From Eledone cirrhosa (taxonomy: Eukaryota): a stretch of 64,000 nucleotides of DNA. The notes under the pieces are model-generated. The model saw only the letters and a program-made list of their open reading frames with translations. It ran no database searches and was not told where the DNA came from. A program made the translations under genes and the position numbers. The stretch is from NCBI GenBank assembly GCA_964016885.1, contig OZ024741.1, positions 282,286,001 to 282,350,000 of the forward strand, given 5' to 3'. Each line of letters starts with the position of its first letter. The first letter of the stretch is position 1. This document shows, one piece after another, positions 60,803 through 64,000 of the stretch.

Positions 60803-63299
60803 TATTTCTTGTCTGTTTAGCTTCAAACTCAATCACACACACATACACACACAAACTTCCCTTTTCAGCCTAACCTGCCTCACCTTCATACATGTACAAC
60901 TGCTATATGCAGAATCTACAGCAGACTCCAAAGCTGGCTTCTATCCTCATCCATTTTTTTTCTTTCTGCATATCTATCACAATGTATGTATGGAATCATG
61001 CCAAAGTTTGTCTCATTCTCAACAAACAACCAACAGCTTCCTCTTCCAGAAGTTTCTTGTTAAACAACCCCATCACAGTGTGTTGATAGTGATATCTTCA
61101 AACCATGTTCTATCATATATGTTGTAACTTCGGGTTCACTTTTGTCCGCCCACCCACCAATTTTCTTGCTATCACTTCTAACGATACAAACTCCTAACCA
61201 GATATTACCAGTCTTTACTCTTTGGTAATGAAAACACTTTTTTTTTTCTCAGACAGGTGTTATTTTCATGTAAAGAAGCAGAGCTTAGTTGTTAGAATGT
61301 TCAGTTCACAATCATACAGTTGTGAGTTTAATTCCTGATGGTGTATTGTGCTCTTGAGCAAGATGTTTTATTTCATGTTGCTCCAGTTCACTCAGCTGGC
61401 AAAATTCAGAGTGACTAGCCATGTCACTATGTCATACTGAATCTCTCTGAGAACTATGTAAAAGATGCACATGTCTGTGGAATGCTCGGCTACCTGCAAG
61501 TTAATTTCACAAGCAGGTCATTCTATTGTTTAAACAACTGGAACACTTGAGATTGGAACCAACAGAGGTCCACCACACCCACTATCTACAAGCAGGAACA
61601 ACATCTAACTCAAACCTCACAATCCTTAATGACTCATCATACCGAACACACAACAATGACATAACGAAAGCTATACTATAAAGACTAGAATTACAATTTA
61701 AGGTCAGAAAATACATTAATGTCACTTTCAACACAATACAAGATTAACCATATCATTACCATATTTCTAATGAGAGATACTGTTGATGATTTTCAAATAA
61801 TTTTTGAAAAATGGATTTTCATCATCAAATGGGTGTTTGGAACATAAATTAACAAAGGTATTTACATGAAATTATGATGAAATGCTTTTAAATATATATT
61901 TCAGGCAGTCTGGTATCAAAAGTGTTAAAATATTGCTCCTCTCTCTTGACAGCAGCTAATATACAAAAATAGTTAGGAGAAAATATTTTATATCACATAA
62001 AAAAAGGCATCTTATTGAAGTGACCAAGATGAAACTAAAGTCACTGCTACTTTTCTAATTCAAAAAATAAATGCCTAAACTCTACCCACCAGTATTGAGT
62101 ACTCACTCAATTAACGTTTGAATTTTCTAAATCAGGCATGGGAAACCTTTTTCGAGCAGTGAGCCATATAGGATGTGGCTCATCATAAGGTAGGCCACAC
62201 TACGAAAAAACTCAAGGCTGCAGTGTGCTCATGACTGTTCATTTTAAACACATGTCCTAATATCATATTGATTAGCAAATCATCATTGTCCAATAGCTCA
62301 CAGACACACTGTTTTTACTCTATACCTTTTTCTATTATTTCTGCATGTTTCTCTGAACTATTAAGTTATGTATGTACCTGTCTAAGTCTGGTTAATACAT
62401 ACAACTTTACTACTATGGTCATCCCTTCCATGACTCACATCCAGCCCTGCCTCATACACATAATATGCTTCACACAACATTTCTTTTTAGTGATTACAGC
62501 TGGTTAGTTGACACAGACAGATGACATATGCACACACACACCAAAAGATTGATTAAAGTCAAAGGAAATAGGGGGAAAAGCTAGGTGAAGGAAAACAAAG
62601 AAGATAGAACAGCAAAGAGGCAGGAAGGGAAGTGGGAGTTAGTGAGTAGAGAAACAAATATGCAGACAGATGGAAAAGATAGCAATAGAGGGAGACAAAT
62701 ATTTGATGAAAAGAAGAAAATTGCAAACACTTAGGCAGGCAGACAAATGTAGAGATAAATAAGTATAGATAGATTAGAGATACATAGGTTATGAGAAAGG
62801 ACTCTACTGTGTTGCTTTGTCTGTTTTTCCCTTGTCTTTGCCCACTTTCTCTCTCTCTCTCTTTTTTATTTTTTATTTTTTTATTTTTTTATTGTATGTT
62901 CTTAGCCATGCAGGACACTTTTTCAAATTCAGTGTGGAAAAATGGATGTAAAATGGTGATGATATACATATATATAAATAAGAGAGAGAGAGAGAAACAG
63001 CTTGGTGTCAGTCTACTTATTATCTATATTCAAAGAGTATATATAGTCTACTTATTATCTATATCAAAGAGTATAGAGAAATAGTGGTCAAATTATTATT
63101 TATGGACATTATGCTGAATATAATAGATATTGCTAAATTTAGAAAGCAGATGCAATAGATACAGATGTTATTCTTGCCAGTTATAATACAATAGTGTGTA
63201 TATAAATTGAATGAGTAAAAAGCCATCAACAATTCTTTCCTTCCTTCAATGTTTGTGTCATTCATTATATTGCTGAATTTCCTTCCAGGTATATGAGGT

Positions 63300-63780
63300 A
63301 TCATCATCATTGTAATCATCCTTTACACCTGCTTTTCCATGCTTACATAGGGTGGATGAGTCTTTTCCAGCACAGCTTCCCTCTACCTACTGCATTTCTT
63401 TGTCATCTTCTGTCATTTATAATAGGATAGCTTCCTTGTGTTCAAAGGACTTAGAAGACAATTTTACTCTCAGGTGGTACTCAATGTATTAAATAATGCA
63501 ATTTATATTTCATACTTAATGTATTCTTGTCATCATTTTAAACCTGTTTTTTCCATACTTGCATGAGTTGGACAAGTCTTTTCCACCACAGGCCCCCGCA
63601 CCCACCCAAATCAACTGCACTCTTTTGTCATCTCATCTGTCAGGTTAAACATTTTGCAATCCATTTTCAGCAAGTCTTCCATAGTCTTCCTTCAACAATC
63701 ACCATTCATATATATCACATGTCCATCCCTTTCTCACAATATTGCTGGCCTTGTGACAAAATTAGAAACCATTATTGGGA
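63300..63780. mobile_element. Decayed RTE 3'-end fragments (-, about 63300-63415 and 63530-63725) and a SINE tail
   Basis: catcat..ttttccatgctt tails; gctggccttgtgacaaaattagaaaccattatt. Confidence 0.6.
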
Positions 63781-64000
63781 CTGTGCTGTAACTTGGTATA
63801 GAACTGTAACATTCCCTAGCCCACCAGTAAAATACAAAGGAGGCAACTCCCATCCCACCCTTCTAGAGAATTGAAACCCATTGCGTGTGTGCATGTCTTT
63901 CTGCATTTACATTTCTATCAGTGTTTTTGTCCTAAAACTTTGTGGTTCAACAAAGAAATCATTAAAATAAGTACCAGACTTAGAAATATAAGTACTGGGG

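Overview
AT-rich, repeat-dense eukaryotic DNA with no complete host gene. It is most likely intronic or intergenic sequence from a coleoid cephalopod (Octopus-like); this assignment is inferred from my recognition of the SINE and RTE repeat types, not from a database search. All long ORFs are retroelement remnants: two RTE-clade LINE families in several decayed copies, a CR1-clade LINE, a CRE-clade RLE fragment, a Tx1/L1-like remnant and a bipartite non-autonomous RTE. They are interspersed with more than 20 tRNA-type SINEs, roughly 20 TTAA/piggyBac-type MITEs, hAT and Tc1/mariner MITEs, three minisatellites and many microsatellites. Four observations stand out. (1) Both RTE families carry a C4HC3 PHD-type finger inserted inside ORF2 between the RT core and the YLG motif. 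(2) A strong minus-strand recursive-splice-type site (polyY-CAG|GTAAGT) with a 36-nt exon and a second GTAAGT donor lies at 29310-29345. (3) A TSD-flanked 576-bp bipartite RTE has a structured, possibly ribozyme-like 5' end. (4) Several inverted repeat pairs could form dsRNA editing substrates. All alignments were done by eye, so boundaries of decayed elements are approximate.
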